From an uncultured Chloroflexia bacterium (GTDB lineage: Bacteria; Chloroflexota; Limnocylindria; Limnocylindrales; CSP1-4): a stretch of 64,000 nucleotides of DNA. The stretch covers positions 1,376,001 through 1,440,000 of the forward strand of contig OY970218.1 in the NCBI GenBank assembly GCA_963713975.1, written 5' to 3'. The position numbers and the translations under genes are program-made. The notes below the pieces were generated by a model. The model saw nothing but the letters and a program-made list of their open reading frames with translations. It was not told the origin of the DNA and made no database searches. This document shows positions 38,680 to 48,057 of this stretch, in pieces (position 1 is the first letter of the stretch; each line of letters begins with the position of its first letter).

Positions 38680-39390
38680 GTGCTCACCCTCGTCCTCACC
38701 CGCCACGGCCTCACGGACCGCTCGGAGCCCGAGCAGCACCTGGGCCAGCACATCGACATCTCGCTGTCCGATGCCGGACGCCGTCAGGCGGAGGCCCTCG
38801 GCAGACGGCTCGCGGGGGTCCGCTTCGAGCGGAGGATCAGCAGCCCGCTGTTCCGCGCCCAGGAGACGGCGGCGATCCTTGCCCGCGGCCTCAGCGTGGA
38901 GACGGACCCGCGGCTCAAGGAGATGGACTACGGGGCCTGGGAGGGCCTGACCTACGGCCAGATCGACGAGCGCGGCCGGTCGACGCGGCGCGAGTGGGAG
39001 CTGGCACCGGACCGGCTGGCGTGCCCGGGCGGGGAGTCCGGCAACGACGTCGGGCTGCGCGTCAGGTCGTTCCTCGAAGACCTGCTGGCCGACCAGCGGG
39101 CATGGAGCGCGCGCGCCTCCTTCCGGGCGGCCACGGCGACCGGTGGGGGCGGCGAGCCCGACACCGGTGAGCGGGTGGTCCTGGTCGTCGCCCACAGCTC
39201 CACGAACCGGGTGCTGATGTGCCTGGCCCTGGGCACGGACCTGCGCGACTACCGCAAGCGCTTCGTCCAGGCCCAGGCGAACCTCACGGTGCTGCGCTGG
39301 GAATCGGCCGACGGCCCTGAGGACGCAAAGCTGCTGGTGGCCAACGACCTCGGACACCTGCGCGGCGCCAACGAGGTGCCCTGGAGCTGA
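38680..39390 (+). CDS. Histidine phosphatase family protein
   Basis: TRHG, SSPLFRAQETA, EMDYGAWEG, GGES and VAH motifs. Confidence 0.9.
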   Translation: MLTLVLTRHGLTDRSEPEQHLGQHIDISLSDAGRRQAEALGRRLAGVRFERRISSPLFRAQETAAILARGLSVETDPRLKEMDYGAWEGLTYGQIDERGRSTRREWELAPDRLACPGGESGNDVGLRVRSFLEDLLADQRAWSARASFRAATATGGGGEPDTGERVVLVVAHSSTNRVLMCLALGTDLRDYRKRFVQAQANLTVLRWESADGPEDAKLLVANDLGHLRGANEVPWS

Positions 39391-39423
39391 TCCGGGCCGG
39401 GCCCTTGGGCCTGCCCTGGCCGG

Positions 39424-40119
39424 CTATGCGCCGGGATCTGCGTCCGAGGCCGGGTCCGCCGTCCCGGACTTCTTCGGCCAGCCCGGCATCCCCAGGCGCC
39501 ACCAGAGCAGCCCCAGGAACAGGGCGATGACCGCGCCCGCGATCGCCATGTCGAAGGGCTTGAGCATGTCCCGGATGGTCACCCAGTTGGCGCCCAGCTG
39601 GAGACCGGCCCAGACCAGCAGGATCGACCACAGCAGCGCCCCCGCCGTCGAGTAGACGATGAACGTGCCGACGGGCATGCGCGCGACGCCCGCGGGGAAC
39701 GAGATGAAGGTGCGGACGATGGGCAGGAGACGGCCGATGAACACGGTCGCGGCGCCATACCGGGAGAAGAACCGGTCGGCGGCCTCCAGCTCGTGCTCCC
39801 GGATCAGCATGTACTTGCCGTACCGCTCCAGGAACGGCCGGCCACCCCAGGCTCCGATGGCATAGGCGACCAGCGAGCCCAGCGTGTTGCCGATGGTCGC
39901 CACGATCACGACGATCCAGAAGTTCCAGGGCTGCCCCGTGAGCGGCTCGACCAGCGTGGCATCGGAGACCATGAACCCGCCCAGCGGCAGGATGAGCTCC
40001 GACGGCAGCGGGACCATCGCCGACTCGATCGCCATCGCGAGCATCACGCCGATGTAGCCCACCGCGCCGTACAGCGACTGCAGGAACGGCAGAGCGATCT
40101 CGTCGATGAATCCGATCAT
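39424..40119 (-). CDS. DedA-family membrane protein
   Basis: IESAMVPLPSELI and FIGRLLPIVRTFISFPAG motifs. Confidence 0.92.
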   Translation of the reverse strand: MIGFIDEIALPFLQSLYGAVGYIGVMLAMAIESAMVPLPSELILPLGGFMVSDATLVEPLTGQPWNFWIVVIVATIGNTLGSLVAYAIGAWGGRPFLERYGKYMLIREHELEAADRFFSRYGAATVFIGRLLPIVRTFISFPAGVARMPVGTFIVYSTAGALLWSILLVWAGLQLGANWVTIRDMLKPFDMAIAGAVIALFLGLLWWRLGMPGWPKKSGTADPASDADPGA

Positions 40120-40218
40120 GGGTGCAGCAGCGGCCTCGGGGCGGTGGGGTCGTGGCATCGTGTCGGGACTTGCGCCCTGCGAACACGAACCCGAGCATAG
40201 CCGACTATCCTCGACACG

Positions 40219-41847
40219 GTGACCGACGCCCATCTACTCCCCGAGCGATCCCCTGCTCGTGGTCCGCGGGACCTCGTGGTGCTCAGCGGCGCGGACCTGT
40301 CCGTGGCCGACGTCGAGGCGGTGGCCCGCCACGGTGCCCGGGCGGCGCTGGACGTTCATGCCCGGGACCGGATGCAGGAGGCACGCGACGTCATCGAGCG
40401 CCTGGTCGCGCGGGGCGAGGTGGTCTACGGCGTCACGACCGGCTTCGGGGACCTGGCATCCACCTTCATCCCTCCGCAGGACGCGGCGCGCCTGCAGGAG
40501 AACCTGCTGGCCTCGCACGCGGCCGGCGTCGGACGTCCGTTCGCGCGCGACGTGGTGCGGGCGATGCTCCTGCTCCGCGCGAACACGCTGGCGCTGGGCC
40601 ACTCCGGCTGCCGGCCGCTGCTCGTCGACCGGATCTGCGAGCTCCTGGTCCTCGGCATCCATCCCGTGGTGCCGGAGCAGGGGAGCGTCGGCGCGTCGGG
40701 TGACCTGGCGCCCCTGGCCCACCTGGCGCTGCCGCTGATCGGGCGCGGGCAGGTGGAGCTCAACGGCCAGGTGATGCCGGCGCTGGTCGCCCTCCGGGAG
40801 TGTGGCCTCGAGCCCCTGGTGCTCCAGCCCAAGGAGGGGCTGGCGCTCCTCAACGGGACGCAGCTGATGTCCGCGCTCGGCGCCCTGCTGCTCGCCGATG
40901 CCGACCGCCTCGTCCGGACCGCCTCCGTGGTGGCGGCGATGTCGGTCGAGGCGCTGCTCGGGACGGAGGTCGCGTACGCCGCCCCCTACCAGCTCGCCCG
41001 CCCGCACCCGGGCCAGGTCACAGTGGCCGCGGAGCTGCGCCACCTGCTGCGCGGCTCTGGGCTGCAGGCCGCCCATCACGGATCGGCGCACAAGGTCCAG
41101 GACCCGTACTCGCTCCGCTGCGTGCCCCAGGTGCACGGCGCGATCCGGGATGCGCTCGACCACCTCCGGCGCGTGCTCGACATCGAGCTCAACTCGGCGA
41201 CCGACAACCCACTCGTGTTCCCCGGCGGCGGGGCGGTCCCGGCCGATGCCCTGGCGACCGGTGGCGGGCTCGTGATCTCGGGCGGCAACTTCCACGGCGA
41301 GCCGATCGCCCTCGCCCTCGACTTCGCGAAGCTGGCGCTGTCGGAGCTGGGTGCGATCTCCGAGCGGCGGACGGCGCTGCTGCTGGACCCGCGCCTCAAC
41401 GGCGGCCTGCCCGCCTTCCTGTCACCGGACCCGGGCCGCAACAGCGGCCTGATGATCATCCAGTACACGGCGGCGGCCCTGGCCTCGGAGAACAAGGTGC
41501 TGGCCCACCCGTCGTCGGCGGACTCGATCCCCACCTCCGCCAACCAGGAGGATCACGTGTCCATGGGCGCCGCCGCGGCGCGCCATGCCCGGACCGTCCT
41601 GGGGCACGTGGAGCAGATCCTCGCGATCGAGCTTGTGTGCGCCGCGCAGGCGCTGGACCTACGGCTGGCGCGGATGGCACCGGGGCAGGACGGCGCACAG
41701 CCCGTGCCCGGCGATGGCGTGGCCGAGGCGCTCCGGCGGCTGCGGGACCGGGTGGCCCCCCTGGGCGACGACCGCGAGCCCGGTCCGGACCTCGCGGCCT
41801 CGCTGGCGCTGGTGCAGGCGGGAGCGTTCGCCGACCTGGTCGGCTGA
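40219..41847 (+). CDS. hutH: Histidine ammonia-lyase
   Basis: VYGVTTGFG, GSVGASGDLAP (MIO), QDPYSLRC and NQEDHVSM motifs. Confidence 0.95.
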   Translation: MTDAHLLPERSPARGPRDLVVLSGADLSVADVEAVARHGARAALDVHARDRMQEARDVIERLVARGEVVYGVTTGFGDLASTFIPPQDAARLQENLLASHAAGVGRPFARDVVRAMLLLRANTLALGHSGCRPLLVDRICELLVLGIHPVVPEQGSVGASGDLAPLAHLALPLIGRGQVELNGQVMPALVALRECGLEPLVLQPKEGLALLNGTQLMSALGALLLADADRLVRTASVVAAMSVEALLGTEVAYAAPYQLARPHPGQVTVAAELRHLLRGSGLQAAHHGSAHKVQDPYSLRCVPQVHGAIRDALDHLRRVLDIELNSATDNPLVFPGGGAVPADALATGGGLVISGGNFHGEPIALALDFAKLALSELGAISERRTALLLDPRLNGGLPAFLSPDPGRNSGLMIIQYTAAALASENKVLAHPSSADSIPTSANQEDHVSMGAAAARHARTVLGHVEQILAIELVCAAQALDLRLARMAPGQDGAQPVPGDGVAEALRRLRDRVAPLGDDREPGPDLAASLALVQAGAFADLVG

Positions 41848-41868
41848 GACGGACCGTAGACTCTCGCC

Positions 41869-42639
41869 ATGGCCATCCGCATCGTCGACGTCACGGACGA
41901 CGCTACCTTCGCCCTCCTGCCGCCCTGTGCGGACAATGGGTTCGACCACGGGTCCTGCGACTACTGGGAGGACGCCGACCGGGGCTCGAAGGCGGTGCGT
42001 GCGTCATGGCTGCATGGAGCGCCAGCGGCACCTGCGCCTGCCCGAACCGCGACCAGCAACCCGTTCGCGCTCGACGATGACGACGAGCCCCTGGAGAACC
42101 CGTTCGCACCTTCCGGGGGCCGGTCGACCTTCAACCCGTTCGCGCTCGACGATGACGACGAGCCGGTTGAGAACCCCTTCGCGCCGCGGCCGCCTGCCAG
42201 GCCCGTCGTGGCGGCCGGCGCTCCGCCGAAGCTGCGGCTCCTGGCCCGGGGCCTCGTCGTGTTCGGGTCGTACGCGAAGGTGCTGCTCGTGGACGACGAT
42301 CCGGCCGCCTATGCCCAGTTCGGGCCGCTCTCCGCGTACCCGCGGGCGCTGCGCACGAGGGAGCTCTACCCGAGGTTGCCCGTCTCGCCGCTGCCCGCGG
42401 TGATCACCTGTATCTCGACGACCGGCGCCGCCCGAGGCCGGGGCATGGGGGCGATGCTGGTCGAGGCGGTCTGTGACGACCTCGCGGGACGGGGATTCGC
42501 AGCCGTCGAGGTGTACCCGGAGGTGGGAGCCCGCCTCGAGGCGACGAGCGCCGCCGGCCCCGGGTTCTGGGAGCGGCTCGGGTTCGTGGTCGCGGCGCCG
42601 GACGACCGCTTCCCGGTCCTGCGGCGGGAGCTGGCGTGA
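41869..42639 (+). CDS. GNAT-family protein with an acidic NPF-repeat insertion
   Basis: CDYWE, AYAQFGP, ITCI..ARGRGMG and VEVYP motifs; duplicated NPFALDDDDEPxENPFAP. Confidence 0.7.
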   Translation: MAIRIVDVTDDATFALLPPCADNGFDHGSCDYWEDADRGSKAVRASWLHGAPAAPAPARTATSNPFALDDDDEPLENPFAPSGGRSTFNPFALDDDDEPVENPFAPRPPARPVVAAGAPPKLRLLARGLVVFGSYAKVLLVDDDPAAYAQFGPLSAYPRALRTRELYPRLPVSPLPAVITCISTTGAARGRGMGAMLVEAVCDDLAGRGFAAVEVYPEVGARLEATSAAGPGFWERLGFVVAAPDDRFPVLRRELA

Positions 42640-43286
42640 GGGTGCGCCCCGCGCTGGTGGCGGCCACGGTGGTCGTGATAACGCTCGCGGCATGTGGGGG
42701 GCAGGAACCCGGCCCAGCCACCCCGGCGGCGCCACCATCCGTTGTCGCGCCGACGTCCACGGCCACGCCCACGTCCTCGCCGTCAGCCGCGTCGCCGTCG
42801 GCTGCACCGCCGTCAGCGAACCCGCCGTCACCCGGGGGCCCCCACGTGATCCTCGACGAAACGCTCCTCGCCGCGCTTCCCCCGGACGTCGACGGCGTCC
42901 TCGTGACCGCGGAGGCCCAGGCCTTCGCCGAGGCTGCCAGCGACCTTTCCTTCCGCAGCAACGTGGCGCGCGCGGTGTTTCCGATCGTCGCCTCCGGCAA
43001 CGACCTGGCGTCGGGCGTGGTCGCCCAACTGATCGGAGGCCGCTACAGCGACCAGTTCTTCCGCGACTGGCGGGACTCGTACAACGAGGGCGCCTGCGGG
43101 CAGTCGGGCGGCGCGGCCAGCACCGCCGAGACCGAGATCGCCGGCAGGACCGTGTACATCGACACCTGTGCCGGTGGCCTGCGGACATACCACGCGTGGA
43201 TTGAGTCACGGGGCGTGATCGTGTCGCTGTTCTCGATCGGCGAGGGCCGGTTCGGCGAGCGCCTGATGGCAGGGATACGTCCCTAG
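42636..43286 (+). CDS. Lipoprotein of unknown function
   Basis: Lipobox LAAC, S/P/T linker, one Cys pair. Confidence 0.75.
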   Translation: MRVRPALVAATVVVITLAACGGQEPGPATPAAPPSVVAPTSTATPTSSPSAASPSAAPPSANPPSPGGPHVILDETLLAALPPDVDGVLVTAEAQAFAEAASDLSFRSNVARAVFPIVASGNDLASGVVAQLIGGRYSDQFFRDWRDSYNEGACGQSGGAASTAETEIAGRTVYIDTCAGGLRTYHAWIESRGVIVSLFSIGEGRFGERLMAGIRP

Positions 43287-43334
43287 CGGGACGGGCACGC
43301 CCCACGGGCGCACGGCGGCGTAGACTCCCGCCCC

Positions 43335-45014
43335 ATGAGCACCGAGACCACGGGCCCCGCCGGCCCGCGCCCCGTCCGCGCCCCCCGCGGCACCACGCTC
43401 TCGACCCGCGGCTGGCAGCAGGAGGCGGTCCTGCGGATGCTCATGAACAACCTCGACCCCGAGGTGGCGGAGGATCCGGACAACCTCGTCGTCTATGGGG
43501 GCACCGGCCGGGCCGCGCGGAGCTGGGAGGCATTCGATGCCATCGTCCGCGAGCTTCGCCGTCTCGCCGACGACGAGACGCTCCTCGTCCAGTCGGGCAA
43601 GCCGGTCGCGGTGTTCCGCACGAACGAGTGGGCGCCTCGGGTCCTGATCGCAAACTCCAACCTGGTCGGCAAGTGGGCCACGTGGGACGTCTTCCGCGAC
43701 CTCGAGCGGAAGGGCCTGATGATGTACGGCCAGATGACCGCGGGGTCCTGGATCTACATCGGCACCCAGGGGATCCTCCAGGGAACGTACGAGACCTTCG
43801 CGGAGCTCGCCCGCCAACACTTCGGCGGGACGCTGCGCGGACGCGTGGTCCTGACGGCGGGTCTCGGCGGAATGGGTGGCGCCCAGCCGCTGTCGGTGAC
43901 GATGAACGAGGGCGTGTGCATCGCGATCGAGGTGGACGAGACACGGGCGCGCCGCCGCCACGAGATCGGATACGTGGATCGCCTCACCCACTCCCCACAG
44001 GAGGCGCTCGCGATGGCCCGCCAGGCGGCCGCGGCCGGGGACGCCCTCTCGATCGCGCTGATCGGCAACGCGGCGGAGATCGAGCCGACCTGGGCCAGGG
44101 CCGGCGAGCCGTTCGACGTGGTGACGGACCAGACGTCGGCCCACGACTCGCTCAGCGGCTATGTCCCGGCCGAGCTGACGCTCCAGGACGCCCACGTCCT
44201 GCGGATCACCCAGCCGGACGTGTACATGCAGCGCTCGATGCGCTCGATGGCGGACCACGTCCGCGCGATGCTCACCTTCCAGCAGGCCGGCGCGGTCGTG
44301 TTTGACTACGGCAACAACCTTCGGGCGCAGGCCCAGGATGCCGGGGTCGCCGATGCCTTCGACTACCCGGGGTTCGTGCCTGCCTTCATCCGGCCGCAGT
44401 TCTGCGAGGGTCGAGGACCGTTCCGGTGGGTGGCCCTGTCGGGCGATCCCGAGGACATCCGGCGAACGGACCGGGCGATGCTGGAGCTGTTCCCCCACGA
44501 CCGGGCACTGCGGCGCTGGCTGGAGCTGGCCGAGGCCAAGGTCCCGTTCCAGGGCCTGCCGGCCCGCATCTGCTGGCTCGGCTATGGCGAGCGGGCGAAG
44601 GCCGGGCTGGAGTTCAATCGCCTCGTCGCCGCCGGCGAGCTCCAGGCGCCCATCGTCATCGGCCGTGACCATCTCGATGCCGGGTCCGTCGCCTCGCCCA
44701 ATCGTGAGACGGAGGCGATGGCCGACGGCAGCGATGCGGTGGCCGACTGGCCGCTCCTCAACGCCCTCGTGAACACGGCCGCCGGGGCCACCTGGGTGTC
44801 GATTCACCACGGGGGCGGGACCGGGATCGGGTACAGCCAGCACGCGGGGATGGTCGTGGTGGCCGACGGCACGGACCTGGCGGCACGGAAGCTGGAACGG
44901 GTCCTCACCTCGGATCCGGGGATGGGCGTCGTGCGTCACGTTGACGCGGGCTACGAGCACGCCACCGACGTGGCCCGGGAGCGCGGCGTCCGCATCCCGA
45001 TGCTGGACGAGTAG
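43335..45014 (+). CDS. hutU: Urocanate hydratase
   Basis: [26 protein letters not shown] and GRDHLD motifs. Confidence 0.97.
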   Translation: MSTETTGPAGPRPVRAPRGTTLSTRGWQQEAVLRMLMNNLDPEVAEDPDNLVVYGGTGRAARSWEAFDAIVRELRRLADDETLLVQSGKPVAVFRTNEWAPRVLIANSNLVGKWATWDVFRDLERKGLMMYGQMTAGSWIYIGTQGILQGTYETFAELARQHFGGTLRGRVVLTAGLGGMGGAQPLSVTMNEGVCIAIEVDETRARRRHEIGYVDRLTHSPQEALAMARQAAAAGDALSIALIGNAAEIEPTWARAGEPFDVVTDQTSAHDSLSGYVPAELTLQDAHVLRITQPDVYMQRSMRSMADHVRAMLTFQQAGAVVFDYGNNLRAQAQDAGVADAFDYPGFVPAFIRPQFCEGRGPFRWVALSGDPEDIRRTDRAMLELFPHDRALRRWLELAEAKVPFQGLPARICWLGYGERAKAGLEFNRLVAAGELQAPIVIGRDHLDAGSVASPNRETEAMADGSDAVADWPLLNALVNTAAGATWVSIHHGGGTGIGYSQHAGMVVVADGTDLAARKLERVLTSDPGMGVVRHVDAGYEHATDVARERGVRIPMLDE

Positions 45015-45060
45015 CCGGCCCGGGCATCCCCGAGGGCGTGAGCCGCAGGCCGGTTCAACT

Positions 45061-45220
45061 GTCGGGTGCGATGCCGTCTGCGCCGCCCGGTCGCACGCCT
45101 GTCAGCTGAACGGCGCCCCGGAGGCGACGAGCGTGCCGCCCAGCGACTGGTTCCTCGGCTGACCGATCGCAGAACCGCTGGGCGGCGCCGATGGTGGCGC
45201 GGGCGCAGACGGGGTCCGAC
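45061..45220. ncRNA. Candidate rod-shaped structured RNA (6S-like architecture, unverified)
   Basis: Nested perfect stems 45074-84/45202-12 and 45135-45/45176-86 around an asymmetric bubble. Confidence 0.35.
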
Positions 45221-45362
45221 GCCGCCGCGCCACGGCGCATTGCCCGCGCCTCCGCGATCCAGAAAGATGGGGGATGACCTCGGGGTCATGGACGCGATCC
45301 CGGCGCTGCCAGCATGCTCGCCGGACGCGCGGGAGCCCAGTCCGCGCCCCGGGGACACGCCA

Positions 45363-45569
45363 ATGCCAACCATCGGCCGAACCATCGCCATCCGCGTCAA
45401 CGAGATGCGACTCCAGGCGGCCCTCGAGGCGGCGCGCCGCGCGAAGCTCGACTTCCTTCGGGAAGACTCCTTCGACGGTGACTGTGCCCGATGCGCCCGG
45501 AAGGTCAGCGAGGCAGAGGCGCGTGCCGCCCGTCTCGAGGCCGCGCTGAGCTCCGTCCGCAGCCACTGA
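45363..45569 (+). CDS. Small hypothetical helical protein with CxxC
   Basis: 68-aa ORF with GC-typical codons and a GGGGA SD-like site. Confidence 0.5.
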   Translation: MPTIGRTIAIRVNEMRLQAALEAARRAKLDFLREDSFDGDCARCARKVSEAEARAARLEAALSSVRSH

Positions 45570-45570
45570 T

Positions 45571-45648
45571 CTCGGGCGCGGCCGCGCTCTCAGGCGCCGC
45601 CGGGACCTGGTGCCGCCGCGCCCTCGGGCGCGGCCGCGCTCTCAGGCG
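45571..45648. repeat. 26-nt direct repeat that includes the MFS stop codon
   Basis: CTCGGGCGCGGCCGCGCTCTCAGGCG at 45571 and 45623. Confidence 0.7.
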
Positions 45649-46928
45649 GGCGCCGCCGCGCCGGGCGCGTCCTCGACCGGCTCCGGCATCGTGACGATGT
45701 GGCGCACGGATGACAGCGTCACCGGCAGGAATGCGATCAGTCCTCCGATCGCGCCCACCCAGATCGTCGCGTGGAGCCCGATCAGGCCGCCCAGCACGCC
45801 ACCGATCAGCGCCCCGATCGGCATCGTGCCCCACACGATGAAGCGCATCGTGGCGTTCATCTTGCCCTGCATCCGCGGCGGCGTGATCGCCTGGCGGAGG
45901 GACACCTGGTTCACGTTCCATGTCACTCCGGCGAACCCGCCCAGGAGGCCGGACAGGGCGAGGGCCGCGAAGATGAGCTCGTCGGGTGCCATCGCCACGG
46001 GCAGCCAGGAGACGCTGAACATGACGGAGCTCAGGACCAGCATCCGGCCGACCCCGAGCCACCTCGTGAGCCGCGTGGTGGTGAGGGCCCCGGCGAGGAA
46101 CCCGATCGACCCGATGGAGAAGGCGAGCCCGATCCCGGCCGCACCCATGCCACGCTCCTGGGTGAGGTAGAGGATCAGGACGCCGAAGATGACGTTGCCG
46201 AAGAAGTTGGAGGTCCCGGTGGTGGCGGCGATGGGGCGCAGCCAGCGGTTGCCGCCCACGTACCGCAGCCCAACGGCGATCTCCCGGCGCATCGAGGGCT
46301 TCGGGCCGTGCACGGCCTCGTCGTGCTCCTCCATCGGCGGCTCAGGGCGCCGGATCCAGAACAGGAACGCCGCCGAGAACAGGTAGCTGATCGAGTCGAT
46401 CAGCATCGCGATCGGTGCCCTCAGGACTTCGATCAGGATGCCCGCCAGGCCAGGGCCGAGGATCTGCGCCGCGGCCCGCGTGATCTCGAGCTTCGAGTTG
46501 CCCTCGACGAGCTGGTCGCGCTCGACGATAGAGGGCAGGTAGCTCTGGTAGGCCACGTCGAAGAAGACGGTGAAGGTGCCGTTGATGAAGCCGACCAGGT
46601 ACAGCTGCCAGATGGTCAGGGCGTCGAAGTAGAACGCGATCGGGATCGAGAGAATGGTGGCCGCCCGGCCGAGGTCGGCAACGATCAGGATCGGGCGGCG
46701 GCGGAGGCGGTCCACCCAGACGCCGGCCGGCAGGCTGAACAGGATGAAGGGCAGGAACTCGATCGTCGTCAGCAGGCCGAACTCGAACGGGGTGACCCCG
46801 AGGATGGTCGCCGCGATGATCGGTAGGGCAAGCTGGGTGATTGCGCTGCCGGACACCGAGATGGTCTCGGCCGTCCAGAGCTTGAGGAAGTCTGGGTGGC
46901 GCAGGAGGCTGCGACTGGGTCCGGTCAT
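45642..46928 (-). CDS. MFS transporter
   Basis: FLKLWTAETIS, GVWVDRLRRR and RQAITPPRMQGK motifs; about 12 TM helices. Confidence 0.9.
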   Translation of the reverse strand: MTGPSRSLLRHPDFLKLWTAETISVSGSAITQLALPIIAATILGVTPFEFGLLTTIEFLPFILFSLPAGVWVDRLRRRPILIVADLGRAATILSIPIAFYFDALTIWQLYLVGFINGTFTVFFDVAYQSYLPSIVERDQLVEGNSKLEITRAAAQILGPGLAGILIEVLRAPIAMLIDSISYLFSAAFLFWIRRPEPPMEEHDEAVHGPKPSMRREIAVGLRYVGGNRWLRPIAATTGTSNFFGNVIFGVLILYLTQERGMGAAGIGLAFSIGSIGFLAGALTTTRLTRWLGVGRMLVLSSVMFSVSWLPVAMAPDELIFAALALSGLLGGFAGVTWNVNQVSLRQAITPPRMQGKMNATMRFIVWGTMPIGALIGGVLGGLIGLHATIWVGAIGGLIAFLPVTLSSVRHIVTMPEPVEDAPGAAAPA

Positions 46929-47070
46929 CTGCGGGAGTCTACGGCCCCGAACGTCCCACCCTGGAGTGGGTGCGCCGCGTGCGCTCCGCCGTGGGTGCGG
47001 CCGTCCTGCTGGCCGTCGGCCGACGCGGGCGGGCCCCTCCGGCGCCCGCCCGGGCCTGTAGCATCGGCTG

Positions 47071-48057
47071 GTGCTCGTCGAAAGCGTGCCCAACGTCTCC
47101 GAAGGCCGCCGTCTCGACGTCGTCGAGCGGCTCGCGAACGCCCTGACCTCCGTGCCGGGCGTGTTCCTCCTCGACCGCACCTCCGATCCCAGCCACAACC
47201 GGTCCGTGTTCACCGTCGCCGGGGAGCACGACGCCGTCTCGGCGGGGCTCGAGCGCCTGGTGGAGCAGGCCGTCGTCGACATCGACATGGAACAGCACAC
47301 GGGCGAGCACCCGCGGATCGGTGCCGTGGACGTGATCCCGTTCGTCCCGCTCGCGGACACGACGATGGACGCCTGCGTGGACCTGGCACGCACGTTCGCC
47401 GCCCGGATTGCCGGCGGCCAGCAGATCCCCGTCTACCTGTACGCGAAAGCCGCGATCCGGGCCGATCGCGTGAAGCTGGCGGACGTCCGTCGCGGCCAGT
47501 ACGAGGGTCTCAGGACGGAGATCGCGCAGCACGGACGCGAGCCGGACTTCGGACCGTCGCTGACGCACCCGCGGTTCGGGGCGCTGGCCGTCGGTGCCCG
47601 CCCGTTCCTGATTGCCTGGAACATCAACCTGGACTCGGACGACGTGGAGCTTGCCAAGCGGATCGCACGCCGGGTCAGGGAGTCTGGGGGCGGGCTGCCG
47701 AGGGTCCAGGCCAACGGCTTTCGGGTGGAGGAGCCCGAGCGCGGGCATCCCCTGCTCGCCCAGGTCTCGATGAACCTGCTGGATTCCCGGACCACACCGC
47801 TGTGGCAGGCCTGGGAGGCCGTCGCCGAGATGGCGGCCGAGGACGGGGTGGGGCTGCTGGAATCGGAGCTGATCGGCCTCGCGCCGCTCGCGGCGTTCCT
47901 GGACGTCGCCGATCACGCCGGCGCTCCAGCGGATGATCCGGTCGGCGCGCGCCTCGAGGCCGCGGCGCGAGCGCTCCGGCTGCGGGACTTCTCGCCGCGG
48001 ATGGCTCTTGAGCTCCGCCTGGCGGCGGCACGCGAGACCGGCAGGGATCCGGGATGA
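47071..48057 (+). CDS. ftcD: Glutamate formimidoyltransferase (FTCD N-terminal family)
   Basis: VESVPNVSEGR, HNRSVFT, HPRIGAVDVIPF and QVSMNL motifs. Confidence 0.92.
   Translation: MLVESVPNVSEGRRLDVVERLANALTSVPGVFLLDRTSDPSHNRSVFTVAGEHDAVSAGLERLVEQAVVDIDMEQHTGEHPRIGAVDVIPFVPLADTTMDACVDLARTFAARIAGGQQIPVYLYAKAAIRADRVKLADVRRGQYEGLRTEIAQHGREPDFGPSLTHPRFGALAVGARPFLIAWNINLDSDDVELAKRIARRVRESGGGLPRVQANGFRVEEPERGHPLLAQVSMNLLDSRTTPLWQAWEAVAEMAAEDGVGLLESELIGLAPLAAFLDVADHAGAPADDPVGARLEAAARALRLRDFSPRMALELRLAAARETGRDPG

Noticed and set aside
45061-45220. SRP RNA, tRNA or tmRNA identity for the structured region
   Set aside because: It lacks the SRP helix-8 CAGG-GNRA-AGCA motif and any tRNA-like T-loop or acceptor end.
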